From IMG/VR virus record IMGVR_UViG_3300009428_000004, positions 10,467 through 74,466 of that record: a DNA stretch of 64,000 nt; one strand, given 5' to 3'. The position numbers and the translations under genes were made by a program. Position 1 is the stretch's first letter; each line of letters begins with the position of its first letter. Of this stretch, positions 8,222-17,058 are shown in pieces. The notes beneath the pieces were generated by a model. That model was not told the DNA's origin and did no database searches. It saw only the letters and a program-made list of their open reading frames with translations. The DNA is from a virus.

Positions 8222-8420
8222 ACTGAGGAGCTATTGGAGATAACATTTCATCTTCAAATTCTTCTAATTCTTCCGCAGTTATTTCATGTCCATGATATGT
8301 ATATTCTACCTCAGGTTCATCCTTTAGGACTTCAGCCCATCCAAACCATATGTAAAATAAGGTCGTAGCTAGTAAAAAAGCTATTATCATGTACAGTGTT
8401 TCTTTATTCTTTTCAGTCAT
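8220..8420 (-). CDS. Small membrane-anchored hypothetical protein
   Basis: N-terminal TM, acidic tail. Confidence 0.55.
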   Translation of the reverse strand: MTEKNKETLYMIIAFLLATTLFYIWFGWAEVLKDEPEVEYTYHGHEITAEELEEFEDEMLSPIAPQ

Positions 8421-8976
8421 CGTCTTCTAGACCCTCGTCTAATATATTTCCATGTTCATCGCTTTCTTCTAGCGATACGGTACAATGTATTTCCCAGTAG
8501 CAACCTCGCATATCCCAACCATCTGCTTCGATGCCCTCTTCATACTCTTCATCATAGATGTCGTAGATTTTATCTAGCATCTCATCTTTCTGTTCGACAC
8601 TCAAGACTCCTTCGTCTCCAGCACCGCTAGAGGTGTACTGATTTATCGCCCAGTCACTCCAGCATCCATCGTGTGCCTGAAGAAACTCGTGATCGTAATC
8701 ATCTACATCGATCCAATCTAAATCGGCGGTGGGCAAAAACGGCCATGAGGTGTGATCGGCGCCATAGGATTCTACAGCTTCGTCAAAGGTAATATCACGC
8801 TCCTTGAGCCAGTCATCTAGTTCACCCAGTGTTTCAGGAACTTTTACTACGAAGCTTCCGCCACGATAGCCTTCCTCTTTAACTAAGTGTGTGCTGATAC
8901 CATCGATTTCTTTGGTAAACCTAGTGTACTCGACCATGCTCTTTTTATGATCTGGCGTCATTAGATAATATCTCAT
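8413..8976 (-). CDS. Acidic hypothetical protein
   Basis: 187-aa ORF with RBS, coupled to neighbours. Confidence 0.65.
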   Translation of the reverse strand: MRYYLMTPDHKKSMVEYTRFTKEIDGISTHLVKEEGYRGGSFVVKVPETLGELDDWLKERDITFDEAVESYGADHTSWPFLPTADLDWIDVDDYDHEFLQAHDGCWSDWAINQYTSSGAGDEGVLSVEQKDEMLDKIYDIYDEEYEEGIEADGWDMRGCYWEIHCTVSLEESDEHGNILDEGLEDDD

Positions 8977-8986
8977 ATCTTTTCTC

Positions 8987-9538
8987 CTATGCTACCTGAA
9001 ACCAATCAGGAATTTCACGTTTAGTCCAAGCCATCTTGAACCTCTCTTGTTTTGTGTGATAGAATGCACGATATGATTTTACGACATCTTCCATCATACA
9101 CTGCGGTGCCGCACCCATCGCTAACGGCCATTTAGACATTTCACCCTTTGGTATGTTCGTGGGTTGCTTCTCTAAAGCCTCTAGCAACAACGATTCACTT
9201 TTGTGTACTTTACCATAGCGATACGTGTACTCTTTACAAAGTGCTTTGAAATGCACCCAGTGCCAAGAGTAGTTACCGCTATTCATCATCGTCCACACAG
9301 TGCATGGATGATTGAAGTGTACAGCTTTGTAAAACGTTTGTTCACGCCAGTCTGGGAGCGTGTAGTGCGGCACCATTCTTTTGCCAGACTTTGATGGACG
9401 TTTTGACATTGTACCATCGAGCATTCGATGTGCCGTAGATAGCATTTGGGCGCTCTCGACAATCATCTTTACCACGTGCTTATCGCATTGCATATTAGCG
9501 GCGATTACGGGATCTCGGTGTAGTACAAATACGTTCAT
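8987..9538 (-). CDS. Pyrimidine-dimer DNA glycosylase / endonuclease V-like protein
   Basis: MNVFVLHRDP...CDKHVVKMIVESAQMLSTAH, HFNHPCTVW, EYTYRYGKVHKS; TGATG start at 9538. Confidence 0.75.
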   Translation of the reverse strand: MNVFVLHRDPVIAANMQCDKHVVKMIVESAQMLSTAHRMLDGTMSKRPSKSGKRMVPHYTLPDWREQTFYKAVHFNHPCTVWTMMNSGNYSWHWVHFKALCKEYTYRYGKVHKSESLLLEALEKQPTNIPKGEMSKWPLAMGAAPQCMMEDVVKSYRAFYHTKQERFKMAWTKREIPDWFQVA

Positions 9539-9870
9539 CAGTGGTTTCTTCCTCCATTGAACACACACACGAAGTGTAGTCCCAAATCAGAGTCATTATA
9601 GACCCTATGGTATTCTCCTGAGTCTACTAGTATTATGTCACCAGCATCGACAGGAAATGTTTTGTCATCGATCTGCATACTGCCTCTACCTTTAGTAAAG
9701 TGATACACTTCTTCTTGACCTTCGTGTGAATGACCAGAGGTCATTTGCTTGGCTCTGAGCATAGTACTACTCACAGTCAAGTCTTTTAGGTGGTTGTTGT
9801 CCTTGACAGTGTAAACATCTGTGTCATGAACAACTTCCCCACCCACATCGGCAATACTAACTTTAAGCAT
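9538..9870 (-). CDS. Cupin-domain protein
   Basis: GHSHEGQEEVYHFTKGRGSMQIDDKTFPVDAGDIILVDSGEYHRVYN. Confidence 0.85.
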   Translation of the reverse strand: MLKVSIADVGGEVVHDTDVYTVKDNNHLKDLTVSSTMLRAKQMTSGHSHEGQEEVYHFTKGRGSMQIDDKTFPVDAGDIILVDSGEYHRVYNDSDLGLHFVCVFNGGRNH

Positions 9871-10169
9871 TAGACATCTCACCGATTTCAATTTGATCTT
9901 CTGCAAGACCATCTTCAGCAATCAGAGAGGTTTTAAGCCACTCTACTTGCTCTTTGGTGAACATCTCATACATCGATGTCCAACCAGACTTCTTCGTTAC
10001 TTTCAAATAGAACATATATTATCCTTTTTCATGTTGTACCAGGCTATTATACACGGATTTTAAATACCTGTCAAGTTAATAATTACCGCTAGGATTATTA
10101 ACATTACGATCAGGTACAAGGAAACATTCCAGATTAATTTGAAAGTTCCCCATACCCAACCTAACCACC

Positions 10170-10577
10170 TCATGCCGCAATCCCAACCTTATTAAAACGA
10201 ATGTACTCAGTACGGTCGCCTTCGGGCATCATGACATATGACTCAGTGTAGGTCTCGTGGTTTCTGTTGGCTATGTATAACCCATAACCATTTCTCTGAA
10301 GAATGTAAGGTACTTCCCACTCCTCGCAAACAACACTATCATCCTCTTCAAGATGACAATGTAATAGGTACTCTTCAGACCCCTCATCACTATACTCAAT
10401 CAGACGAGTAACGCTATTCTTCAGAGCGGAATACTCCACGCTAGAAATAACTCCAACGTTCTCAATAACGTAGGTCGAGCCGCCTTTGAACTTCCAGTAC
10501 TGAGGACATTCACCCTCACCGTCCCAATCATGGGCGCCATAGTTCTCACGATACTGCGTTTGAATTACTAGTTTCAT
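10170..10577 (-). CDS. Phage hypothetical protein
   Basis: TQYRENYGAHDWDGEGECPQYWKFKGG. Confidence 0.65.
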   Translation of the reverse strand: MKLVIQTQYRENYGAHDWDGEGECPQYWKFKGGSTYVIENVGVISSVEYSALKNSVTRLIEYSDEGSEEYLLHCHLEEDDSVVCEEWEVPYILQRNGYGLYIANRNHETYTESYVMMPEGDRTEYIRFNKVGIAA

Positions 10578-10743
10578 ACTAAGTCCTCATCATTTAATCC
10601 ACCGAGTGCTTCAATTTTCTCTAGCACTTCGTTCTCATCACCCATATAGGCATTAGCCATTATAGCTTGATACTCTGCCCACAACTCTTTTATCTTATCT
10701 TCCCTACTCATAATATTTCTCCATTTTTTTAACATCAGATTAT

Positions 10744-10771
10744 ATTATAGCAGGTCATCAGGAATTGTCAA
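10744..10771 (-). promoter_or_regulatory. Early sigma70 promoter
   Basis: TTGACA-N16-TATAAT with extended -10. Confidence 0.75.
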
Positions 10772-10952
10772 CCCTTTTCTTCCACAATTTTTCAATTATT
10801 TCCCAGTCATAGGTGATCTCTTTGGTCTTACGATTTCTATCATAAGCCATTTCAATCCCGGTGTATTCCTCAAGGTAAGCTACAGCTTCTTTAGCTGTCG
10901 GGAACTCTTTGATTCCGTTTTTGTTATTCAGATTTGGTTTTGCTACCCACAT
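10758..10952 (-). CDS. Small hypothetical protein
   Basis: ORF track; co-oriented with neighbours. Confidence 0.55.
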   Translation of the reverse strand: MWVAKPNLNNKNGIKEFPTAKEAVAYLEEYTGIEMAYDRNRKTKEITYDWEIIEKLWKKRVDNS

Positions 10953-10961
10953 ATTATATCC

Positions 10962-11162
10962 TTAATGTATATGATCTTCGATGGCTTGATAGAGGACATC
11001 GTAGTATTGTTGATCGTCATTAACGATATCTAGTTCTTGCTCAGTAAGAGCAACTCCATCAGCAGTTTCAGCATACGCAATGAATGCGTCACAGAACTTT
11101 GGATAGTCCTGCATGTCGATTCCCTCGACTTCAATGTTAGTTAGATTATTTAAATTTGTCAT
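10962..11162 (-). CDS. Small hypothetical protein
   Basis: IEVEGIDMQDYPKFCDAFIAYA; directly behind a promoter cassette. Confidence 0.65.
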   Translation of the reverse strand: MTNLNNLTNIEVEGIDMQDYPKFCDAFIAYAETADGVALTEQELDIVNDDQQYYDVLYQAIEDHIH

Positions 11163-11192
11163 ATTGACTCACTTTCTTTAGTTTATACACAT

Positions 11193-11230
11193 ATTATAAC
11201 AGGTTGGACCACAATGTCAACCTTTATTTT
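11193..11230 (-). promoter_or_regulatory. Early sigma70 promoter cassette
   Basis: AAAATAAAGG-TTGACA-N16-TATAAT. Confidence 0.85.
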
Positions 11231-11384
11231 AACTCTTTTCAGAGATATATACCTTGTATGCCTCGATTACTTTGATTGGCATAGCGTATGGGTTACGTTG
11301 AATAAAGATCATCAGTTGATCCCAGGTTAATCCTAGAAACTCACACTCTTTGTTCAAAACAGTCGTTGCACCTTTAATTCTCAT
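11229..11384 (-). CDS. 51-aa early protein (not in ORF track)
   Basis: MRIKGATTVLNKECEFLGLTWDQLMIFIQRNPYAMPIKVIEAYKVYISEKS between two cassettes. Confidence 0.6.
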   Translation of the reverse strand: MRIKGATTVLNKECEFLGLTWDQLMIFIQRNPYAMPIKVIEAYKVYISEKS

Positions 11385-11415
11385 ATCATCACTCTTTTCA
11401 TCAATTTATACATGT

Positions 11416-11454
11416 ATTATAGCAGGTTGGACAGCAATGTCAACCTTTATTTTC
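11416..11454 (-). promoter_or_regulatory. Early sigma70 promoter cassette
   Basis: GAAAATAAAGG-TTGACA-N16-TATAAT. Confidence 0.85.
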
Positions 11455-12121
11455 AAATTCCCTTCAATTTTCTGTATTTTTCTCGTAGAGCTACGAACTT
11501 GTGGAGATGATTCAAAGGCTTCTCGATGAATACCTGAGGCTCATTATCATCGACAGCAATAACTGTGACGATCTGTTTGATTGGAATACCAGTCATCTCA
11601 TAGAAACAAGCGGCATAAACCGACTCTTGAATAAAGTAGCTTTCTACATATTCGATTCTTTTTGGACGTCTGGATGTCTTGTAGTCGATGATCGATAGAA
11701 CACCGTCCCACTCTGCAATACAGTCAACTCGACCAGCTACCGAAAGCTTCTCACTGTAAAGTGGAACTTCTTGCATCCAGACGTTATCTAGATGCTTGTC
11801 TAGAACGGTCTTGATTGTATTGAATGTGAATAGATTTGCGGGCATTGCGCCCTTCTTCCAATTAGCGTCATTGTTGACGTAATCTTCTGCGAGTTGGTGA
11901 ACGGCAGTACCACGAGTGGCAGCCTGATTCATGACTCTATTAGCTTCATCTTCTCCTACACGTTTTCTCCAAGCATCTAATCCAGATTTATCTTGGACAC
12001 TTAGAACTGTAGTTACTGATGGTAGAACTGCACCGGATGGCGTAGTATAAAATCGTCCTTTATCTGAGGTGTCTGCTGACATCTCCTGGACAACTAAATT
12101 GTGATCAACGTGTGTAAACAT
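11453..12121 (-). CDS. PD-(D/E)XK exonuclease (T4-like marine phage type)
   Basis: RFYTTPSGAVLPSVTTVL, RGTAVH, QEVPLYS...AGRVDCIA...IIDYKTS, YFIQESVYA. Confidence 0.85.
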   Translation of the reverse strand: MFTHVDHNLVVQEMSADTSDKGRFYTTPSGAVLPSVTTVLSVQDKSGLDAWRKRVGEDEANRVMNQAATRGTAVHQLAEDYVNNDANWKKGAMPANLFTFNTIKTVLDKHLDNVWMQEVPLYSEKLSVAGRVDCIAEWDGVLSIIDYKTSRRPKRIEYVESYFIQESVYAACFYEMTGIPIKQIVTVIAVDDNEPQVFIEKPLNHLHKFVALREKYRKLKGI

Positions 12122-12179
12122 AATATTCCTCTCAATTGAATATATATTATACTACACTTTTAGGTGGTTGTCAACCTTT

Positions 12180-12482
12180 TTATCCGCCTATTATCACTTT
12201 AGTTGAACCGCTTATGATAGCTCCCATATCAGCGACATCTCCTACTCTGTTTGCAGAAAACCCTCCACAGAATACTTTAGTCGAGCCTGGACCAGTTACA
12301 GCGGCATGAGGAACACAAGATGAGCCAGCGAGAATGGTGTGAGGAGCTATAGCATCGCCCACTACGGCTGCCATTTGACCTTGAATGAATACCTTAACTG
12401 CTTTAGTTGCTACGATAGTCGAAGTAACATCGCATGGATGCCCTGTAAGAATATCATCAGTGTTTCTGGCTGCCATTGGCAT
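12180..12482 (-). CDS. PAAR spike-tip protein (gp5.4-like)
   Basis: MPMAARNTD...GHPC...AAVVGDAIAPH...GSTKVF...ANRVGD...GSTKVIIGG. Confidence 0.9.
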   Translation of the reverse strand: MPMAARNTDDILTGHPCDVTSTIVATKAVKVFIQGQMAAVVGDAIAPHTILAGSSCVPHAAVTGPGSTKVFCGGFSANRVGDVADMGAIISGSTKVIIGG

Positions 12483-12494
12483 ATGCTTATTCCT

Positions 12495-12995
12495 CTATGC
12501 TAGTGCTTGTACGATACTTATAAAGCTTTGAGCTTTAAAGTGATTCGATTGGTTCAATGTGATTGCCGAATCCGATGTAGTGAAAACGTGAGATTCTTCG
12601 ATAGTCACAGGATTTGGAATAGTTAGGGACATCAACGTGAGCAACGCAGGACTAGATGCCGCTAGTGCGGCTGTATGAGTAGTAAAGGTCTGAGTTGTGT
12701 AATCTTCCATAAGGCAAGAATAGGAAACACTAAACGGATCATTCTGTTGAGTGATAGTCACATTATCAGTGCCGGCAGTGAAATTAAAGTTTGCATTGTT
12801 AGGTGTTGAGACAGAAGTTACTGCCGTTCCTCCAGCATCTTCAAAAGACACGTTCACAGAATATCCATCGTTTGCATACACGGGAGGTAATCTAGTGATC
12901 TCTTCGCCAACACCAGTATTGCCAGCAAAGAATGCGTCTCCGCTTTGATCGCTTGCAATATTAGAGTTTGCACCTAAAAGAGCAGTGGTTGCCAT
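12495..12995 (-). CDS. Probable late structural protein
   Basis: Ser/Thr/Ala-rich, beta-prone; in a late-promoter operon with PAAR. Confidence 0.5.
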   Translation of the reverse strand: MATTALLGANSNIASDQSGDAFFAGNTGVGEEITRLPPVYANDGYSVNVSFEDAGGTAVTSVSTPNNANFNFTAGTDNVTITQQNDPFSVSYSCLMEDYTTQTFTTHTAALAASSPALLTLMSLTIPNPVTIEESHVFTTSDSAITLNQSNHFKAQSFISIVQALA

Positions 12996-13126
12996 GCGTT
13001 TACCTTATTAAAGATGATCCAGCGTTGGCTGCCAAGAATACAGCGACTTCTGCATTAAGTAATTGTTTACCAACTCTAGTTCCATCTTCAAGTTCAAAAA
13101 TTCTTATTCTAGGTTGTTCTGCCATC

Positions 13127-13315
13127 TTATCCTCTCAGCAATTTCTTATCTGTTAAGTCTGCGATTTCAGCATCTTCTCCAAAATCCCAGCCCATTTGTC
13201 CGAGGGATTCTGGTCGAATCTCAACGAGAAGGCTTTCGCCCTCCCGTCCTCGAGTTTCATTACCGTCAGCGTTTAGCTCGGTCATGCCTTTTAATTTTTG
13301 TTTGTAATTTTCCAT
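13127..13315 (-). CDS. Small late hypothetical protein
   Basis: First gene after TATAAATA at 13321. Confidence 0.55.
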   Translation of the reverse strand: MENYKQKLKGMTELNADGNETRGREGESLLVEIRPESLGQMGWDFGEDAEIADLTDKKLLRG

Positions 13316-13320
13316 AATAG

Positions 13321-13328
13321 TATTTATA
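13321..13328 (-). promoter_or_regulatory. Late promoter TATAAATA
   Basis: Exact match overlapping the phoH stop codon. Confidence 0.75.
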
Positions 13329-14079
13329 GTCCTTGTCTGTCTCGTTCTAGAATATATGCCTTGACTAATGCACTACGTACAATGTCAGACGCTTGGAATT
13401 CAATGAATTTAAACTCTTTCATACGTTCAATGATTCTCATAAAAACTCGTAAGCCAGACATCTCTTTCTTACGCTCACTAGTCAAATCATCTTGCTTAAC
13501 GTCACCGCAGAAAATGATTCTGCAATTTTCGCCAACACGTGTCATGACTGTGTGGAGTTCCTGATCGCTCATGTTTTGAACCTCATCTACCACAAGGATG
13601 CAATCATCGAATGTGGAACCTCTGAGGAATGAGGTAGATATAAACTCTACTTGATTTCGTTGCTTAAGTATCTCGTAAGCATCACCTCGATTAAACAGCT
13701 TGGATGCGATATCATAGTAAGGAGCTTCATAGACTTTCATCTTATCCTTCTGTGATCCAGGTAAAAAACCAATGTCCCTAGTCGGCACAATCGACCGGAC
13801 GATATACACTTTTTTGTAATATGAGTTTTTTGCCATGACTTCCTTGAGTGAGAAGAGTAATCCTAGAAACGTTTTACCTGTTCCTGCGATGCCGTGAAGC
13901 ATCAGATTATCTCCATTATCCCAAGCATCGAATGCAACAGATTGATTATCTGTCATTGGTCCGATGTCTTTACTGACTGTAAAATTTGATGTGAGGTTAT
14001 TCTCTGTGTCTAATATTCCTTGCTGTCTAAGTACTCGCCGTTGCCTTTTGGTTAACCGCTCTTGTTGTTGTGCAGGCAT
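13324..14079 (-). CDS. phoH: PhoH-like ATPase
   Basis: GIAGTGKT, RSIVPTRDIGFLPG, STSFLRGSTFDD, VDEVQN, GDVKQDD, IVRSALV. Confidence 0.95.
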   Translation of the reverse strand: MPAQQQERLTKRQRRVLRQQGILDTENNLTSNFTVSKDIGPMTDNQSVAFDAWDNGDNLMLHGIAGTGKTFLGLLFSLKEVMAKNSYYKKVYIVRSIVPTRDIGFLPGSQKDKMKVYEAPYYDIASKLFNRGDAYEILKQRNQVEFISTSFLRGSTFDDCILVVDEVQNMSDQELHTVMTRVGENCRIIFCGDVKQDDLTSERKKEMSGLRVFMRIIERMKEFKFIEFQASDIVRSALVKAYILERDRQGL

Positions 14080-14092
14080 GTGAAATCCATCC

Positions 14093-14329
14093 TTATCTAG
14101 TTTGTATTTTAGACCCCGGATTGTTTTTATGAATGTTCTTCATTAGTGAGTTAAAACTATCTGGTGTCTTGATGACTCCCATACGATGTGGATCACCCAA
14201 AGACGGAGCTTTAGTGATGACTTGTTTCATATTGGGATTGGAAGACAGGTAAGATTCACGATCATCCATTTTCATAATCTTATCAACTTGCTCACCAGTT
14301 TCGATGTTCTCGAAAGTGTATATCGGCAT
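14093..14329 (-). CDS. Conserved T4-like small protein (FmdB-like N-terminus)
   Basis: MPIYTFENIETGE...YLSSNP. Confidence 0.6.
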   Translation of the reverse strand: MPIYTFENIETGEQVDKIMKMDDRESYLSSNPNMKQVITKAPSLGDPHRMGVIKTPDSFNSLMKNIHKNNPGSKIQTR

Positions 14330-14353
14330 TATTTATTCTCCAATTTATAAAAG

Positions 14354-14376
14354 AAAGGCGACCCTGAGATCGCCTT
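14354..14376 (-). terminator. Hairpin in leader / possible terminator
   Basis: AAGGCGA-TCTCAGGG-TCGCCTTT. Confidence 0.45.
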
Positions 14377-14396
14377 CATAGTGTACCCATCATGGA

Positions 14397-14404
14397 TATT
14401 TATA
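14397..14404 (-). promoter_or_regulatory. Late promoter TATAAATA
   Basis: Exact match upstream of the 14329 ORF and phoH. Confidence 0.7.
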
Positions 14405-14418
14405 TCTTCATAACGCTG

Positions 14419-15021
14419 TTATGCTACCATTTCGTAAATTTCTTTCCAGTTATTTACCCTAGTAACATCGTCATGACTATAATACGCATTGTGGTCATGA
14501 TTGATCAGTATCGCATTAAGTCCCAATTCGGCACCTAGTTCAGCGTTCTGTGGTTTATCTTCGACCCAAATACATCCTGTATCCATGTAAGGCTTAAGTG
14601 CATCATCTTTATCTGCACCAGTATCTAAGCAAATGATCTTCTCAAATGCTGTCTTACCGAATAGATTTTCGATGTTTTGTTTACGTAATATACCAGCATG
14701 TTGATCGAGACTTAGACTAGTGATACAGTGAAATACGTATCCTAAATCTTCGTGCATCTTTCTCACATACTTGAGTGCATCACGCAGAGGTGGAATGCAA
14801 CAGATAGCCGCACTCTCGTTGAAGTGTTTAATGAGTCCCTTCATCTCAGCTTTAGGTAGCCCATAAACGGCACCCAATTCGTATTCAGTAACTCCAGAAA
14901 TAGCAAAATGTCCATGCTGTTCCATCCAGTTATTGAAGCTATAGAGCCAGTCGACCAGAACACCGTCACAGTCGACCAACATCAATTTCTCATTCTTTTT
15001 TATCATAATATACCTTTTCAT
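14419..15021 (-). CDS. HAD-family 5'-nucleotidase-like protein (T4 gp30.2-like)
   Basis: LVDCDGVLVDW, WVEDKPQNAELG. Confidence 0.8.
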   Translation of the reverse strand: MKRYIMIKKNEKLMLVDCDGVLVDWLYSFNNWMEQHGHFAISGVTEYELGAVYGLPKAEMKGLIKHFNESAAICCIPPLRDALKYVRKMHEDLGYVFHCITSLSLDQHAGILRKQNIENLFGKTAFEKIICLDTGADKDDALKPYMDTGCIWVEDKPQNAELGAELGLNAILINHDHNAYYSHDDVTRVNNWKEIYEMVA

Positions 15022-15064
15022 TTGATGCTGTTATTATAGCATCGTTTCATTATAAAGTCAACCC

Positions 15065-15229
15065 CTAATTAAAGAAAGTGTCCTTGTGCTTATTCTTAGC
15101 ACGTCTAGCTTCTTTGATACTAGCCTTACGCTTGTCGTATCGCTTTGAGTCTTTCTTCTTGAATCTGAGTTCTTCATTCTTCTCAGCCTCATCTTCGATC
15201 CACTCACGAAACTTCTTACCTTTGCCCAT
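15065..15229 (-). CDS. Small basic protein (not in ORF track)
   Basis: MGKGKKFREWIEDEAEKNEELRFKKKDSKRYDKRKASIKEARRAKNKHKDTFFN. Confidence 0.55.
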   Translation of the reverse strand: MGKGKKFREWIEDEAEKNEELRFKKKDSKRYDKRKASIKEARRAKNKHKDTFFN

Positions 15230-15259
15230 CTGTCCATCACTCTTTTTGTTGGTGTAACG

Positions 15260-15781
15260 TTATGCTGGTTGAGTACCAGCTTCGGTCTGCGTTTCCCACG
15301 ATTCAGTCTTGACCTTAGCTGGTCGACCACGCTTCTTTTTTAGAGGTGTGGCAGGAACTGGATCTGAGATAATTCCATCAAACGCTTCGTTAATGGTCTC
15401 TGCCAATAATTCGGCAAAAGGCTCTTTACGTAACATCTGTAGAAGCAACTTAGCGTCTGCCTCATCAACAGTTTCCAGTATTTGAATGAACATGGACTCT
15501 TTCTTAACAGTGTTAAGATTTTCACCTTCTTTCATTTCATTAACAAAGTACGACAACTTACGTGCCTCACGATACAACATGCCGTGCGATTCTAGATGCA
15601 CAGATGGTGTGTATGGTGGTGCGCTAGAAGGGATATTAAAACTCCACTTCTTGTCGTACATTAATATGAGGATATTCCTCAGTTCGATTGAGTTGTTCTC
15701 TCTCAAGTATGCTATCTGTTCAGACGGCTCTTTCAATTCACAACATTTAGCAGTAATTTCTGCTAGTGATTCTGTAGTCAT
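15260..15781 (-). CDS. Conserved T4-like hypothetical protein next to rnh
   Basis: LYREARKLSYF...KKESMFIQILETVDEADAKLL. Confidence 0.7.
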   Translation of the reverse strand: MTTESLAEITAKCCELKEPSEQIAYLRENNSIELRNILILMYDKKWSFNIPSSAPPYTPSVHLESHGMLYREARKLSYFVNEMKEGENLNTVKKESMFIQILETVDEADAKLLLQMLRKEPFAELLAETINEAFDGIISDPVPATPLKKKRGRPAKVKTESWETQTEAGTQPA

Positions 15782-15783
15782 AT

Positions 15784-16635
15784 TTAAAACTCCGATATAC
15801 TTTCCATTAGATTTCTTAATTTATTCTTAATGAAGTAATTGATTAACTGGCTTCGATCTTTTGGATTCTCTGCGTCATACTCACTAAGTATCTGATTCTT
15901 GATTGGGTCTGGGACCTGCGTCAAGTCGATCATTGCCTTATTGCGTAAATAGTTTCTCTTTACTTCGTTATCCATATTATTTATATCAGCCCAATCGAGC
16001 AACCTTTTCTTGGTCACTGGTCTTTGACGGATACCCATAACAAGTGCATTGTCTGCTGACAGAACGTTAGGAACACCATCACCTGCATCGCCCTTAATGA
16101 TATGCTCGTGTAAGAACGTATCTGGGTTAGCATTAGAGATCCAACGCTTGCGTGTAGGATCATATTGTTTAACGTTTGCATATGTGTGCAACTGAACGTA
16201 GTCTTTGTCTCCTGAGAGAATTAGAATAGGCTCACCTGTGTTCAAAGTAGTGCCTTCTTTGTGTACGATAGTACCAATGATGTCATCTGCTTCACACGTT
16301 TCGATCTGTATTACTTTATACGGAAAGTATGTTTTAAGCTCATCACGAATACGATTCAGTGAAGTAAATACAGCGTTCCAATCTATCTCTGAGGACTCAC
16401 GTGCTTTTCTTCGACCCGCTTTATAGTACGGGTATATGTCTCGTCTCCAGTAGTTCTTATCATCACAAGTAATAAGCAACTCACCGAATTCACGATGGAA
16501 CTTCTGTCTATTGAATCTCAGAGTATTAAGAATCATGTGTCTTAACATGTTCTCATCTACTTGAGCATTTTGGTGATTTCCAATCTGCATCATCATATTG
16601 GAAATCATAACTTGGTTCATATCAACCAGTATCAT
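15784..16635 (-). CDS. rnh: T4-type RNase H / 5'-3' exonuclease
   Basis: ILVDMNQ, YWRRDIYPYYKAGR, EADDIIG, ILSGDKDYVQL, IIKGDAGDGVPN. Confidence 0.95.
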   Translation of the reverse strand: MILVDMNQVMISNMMMQIGNHQNAQVDENMLRHMILNTLRFNRQKFHREFGELLITCDDKNYWRRDIYPYYKAGRRKARESSEIDWNAVFTSLNRIRDELKTYFPYKVIQIETCEADDIIGTIVHKEGTTLNTGEPILILSGDKDYVQLHTYANVKQYDPTRKRWISNANPDTFLHEHIIKGDAGDGVPNVLSADNALVMGIRQRPVTKKRLLDWADINNMDNEVKRNYLRNKAMIDLTQVPDPIKNQILSEYDAENPKDRSQLINYFIKNKLRNLMESISEF

Positions 16636-16692
16636 AATATTCTCCTTGTTTGTATTATTGATGTATTATAATAACACAAACTGGCCGGCTTG

Positions 16693-17058
16693 TCAAGTAA
16701 TTTCTTCATCTTCTGCTTTGTACATCTCATCTAGAAACTCTTCTAGAGCCTCACTGTAATCCATTTCTTCATCTTGAAACACCTGTTCAGATATATGCTG
16801 ATAGTGATAATCTTCGCCAACACTCCTAAACATTAGAGCCCTAACCGTCTCGATCAAGGACATAATGTCTAGCACAGATTTAGGTCGATTTGCCACATCG
16901 TATCCCATCTCATGCATAGCAGTTACTACATCACGGGCTACATCAATCGAAAACCTCATTATAACTTTCTTATCATAGTCCTCGAATAGAGCTTCGGACT
17001 CTTTTGTTTCCTCTGCTCTTTTCTTAAGTCTTGCTGTGAAGTCTATGACATTGCTCAT
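16693..17058 (-). CDS. Hypothetical protein
   Basis: ORF track; MSNVIDF start. Confidence 0.65.
   Translation of the reverse strand: MSNVIDFTARLKKRAEETKESEALFEDYDKKVIMRFSIDVARDVVTAMHEMGYDVANRPKSVLDIMSLIETVRALMFRSVGEDYHYQHISEQVFQDEEMDYSEALEEFLDEMYKAEDEEIT

Noticed and set aside
11453-12121. Cas4 / CRISPR association
   Set aside because: Lacks the four Fe-S cysteines; no repeat-spacer array seen anywhere in the window. The recurring ~40-bp elements are promoters kilobases apart.
15058-15330. ORF-track 90-aa protein
   Set aside because: An alternate frame overlapping two better ORFs (15065..15229 and 15260..15781).
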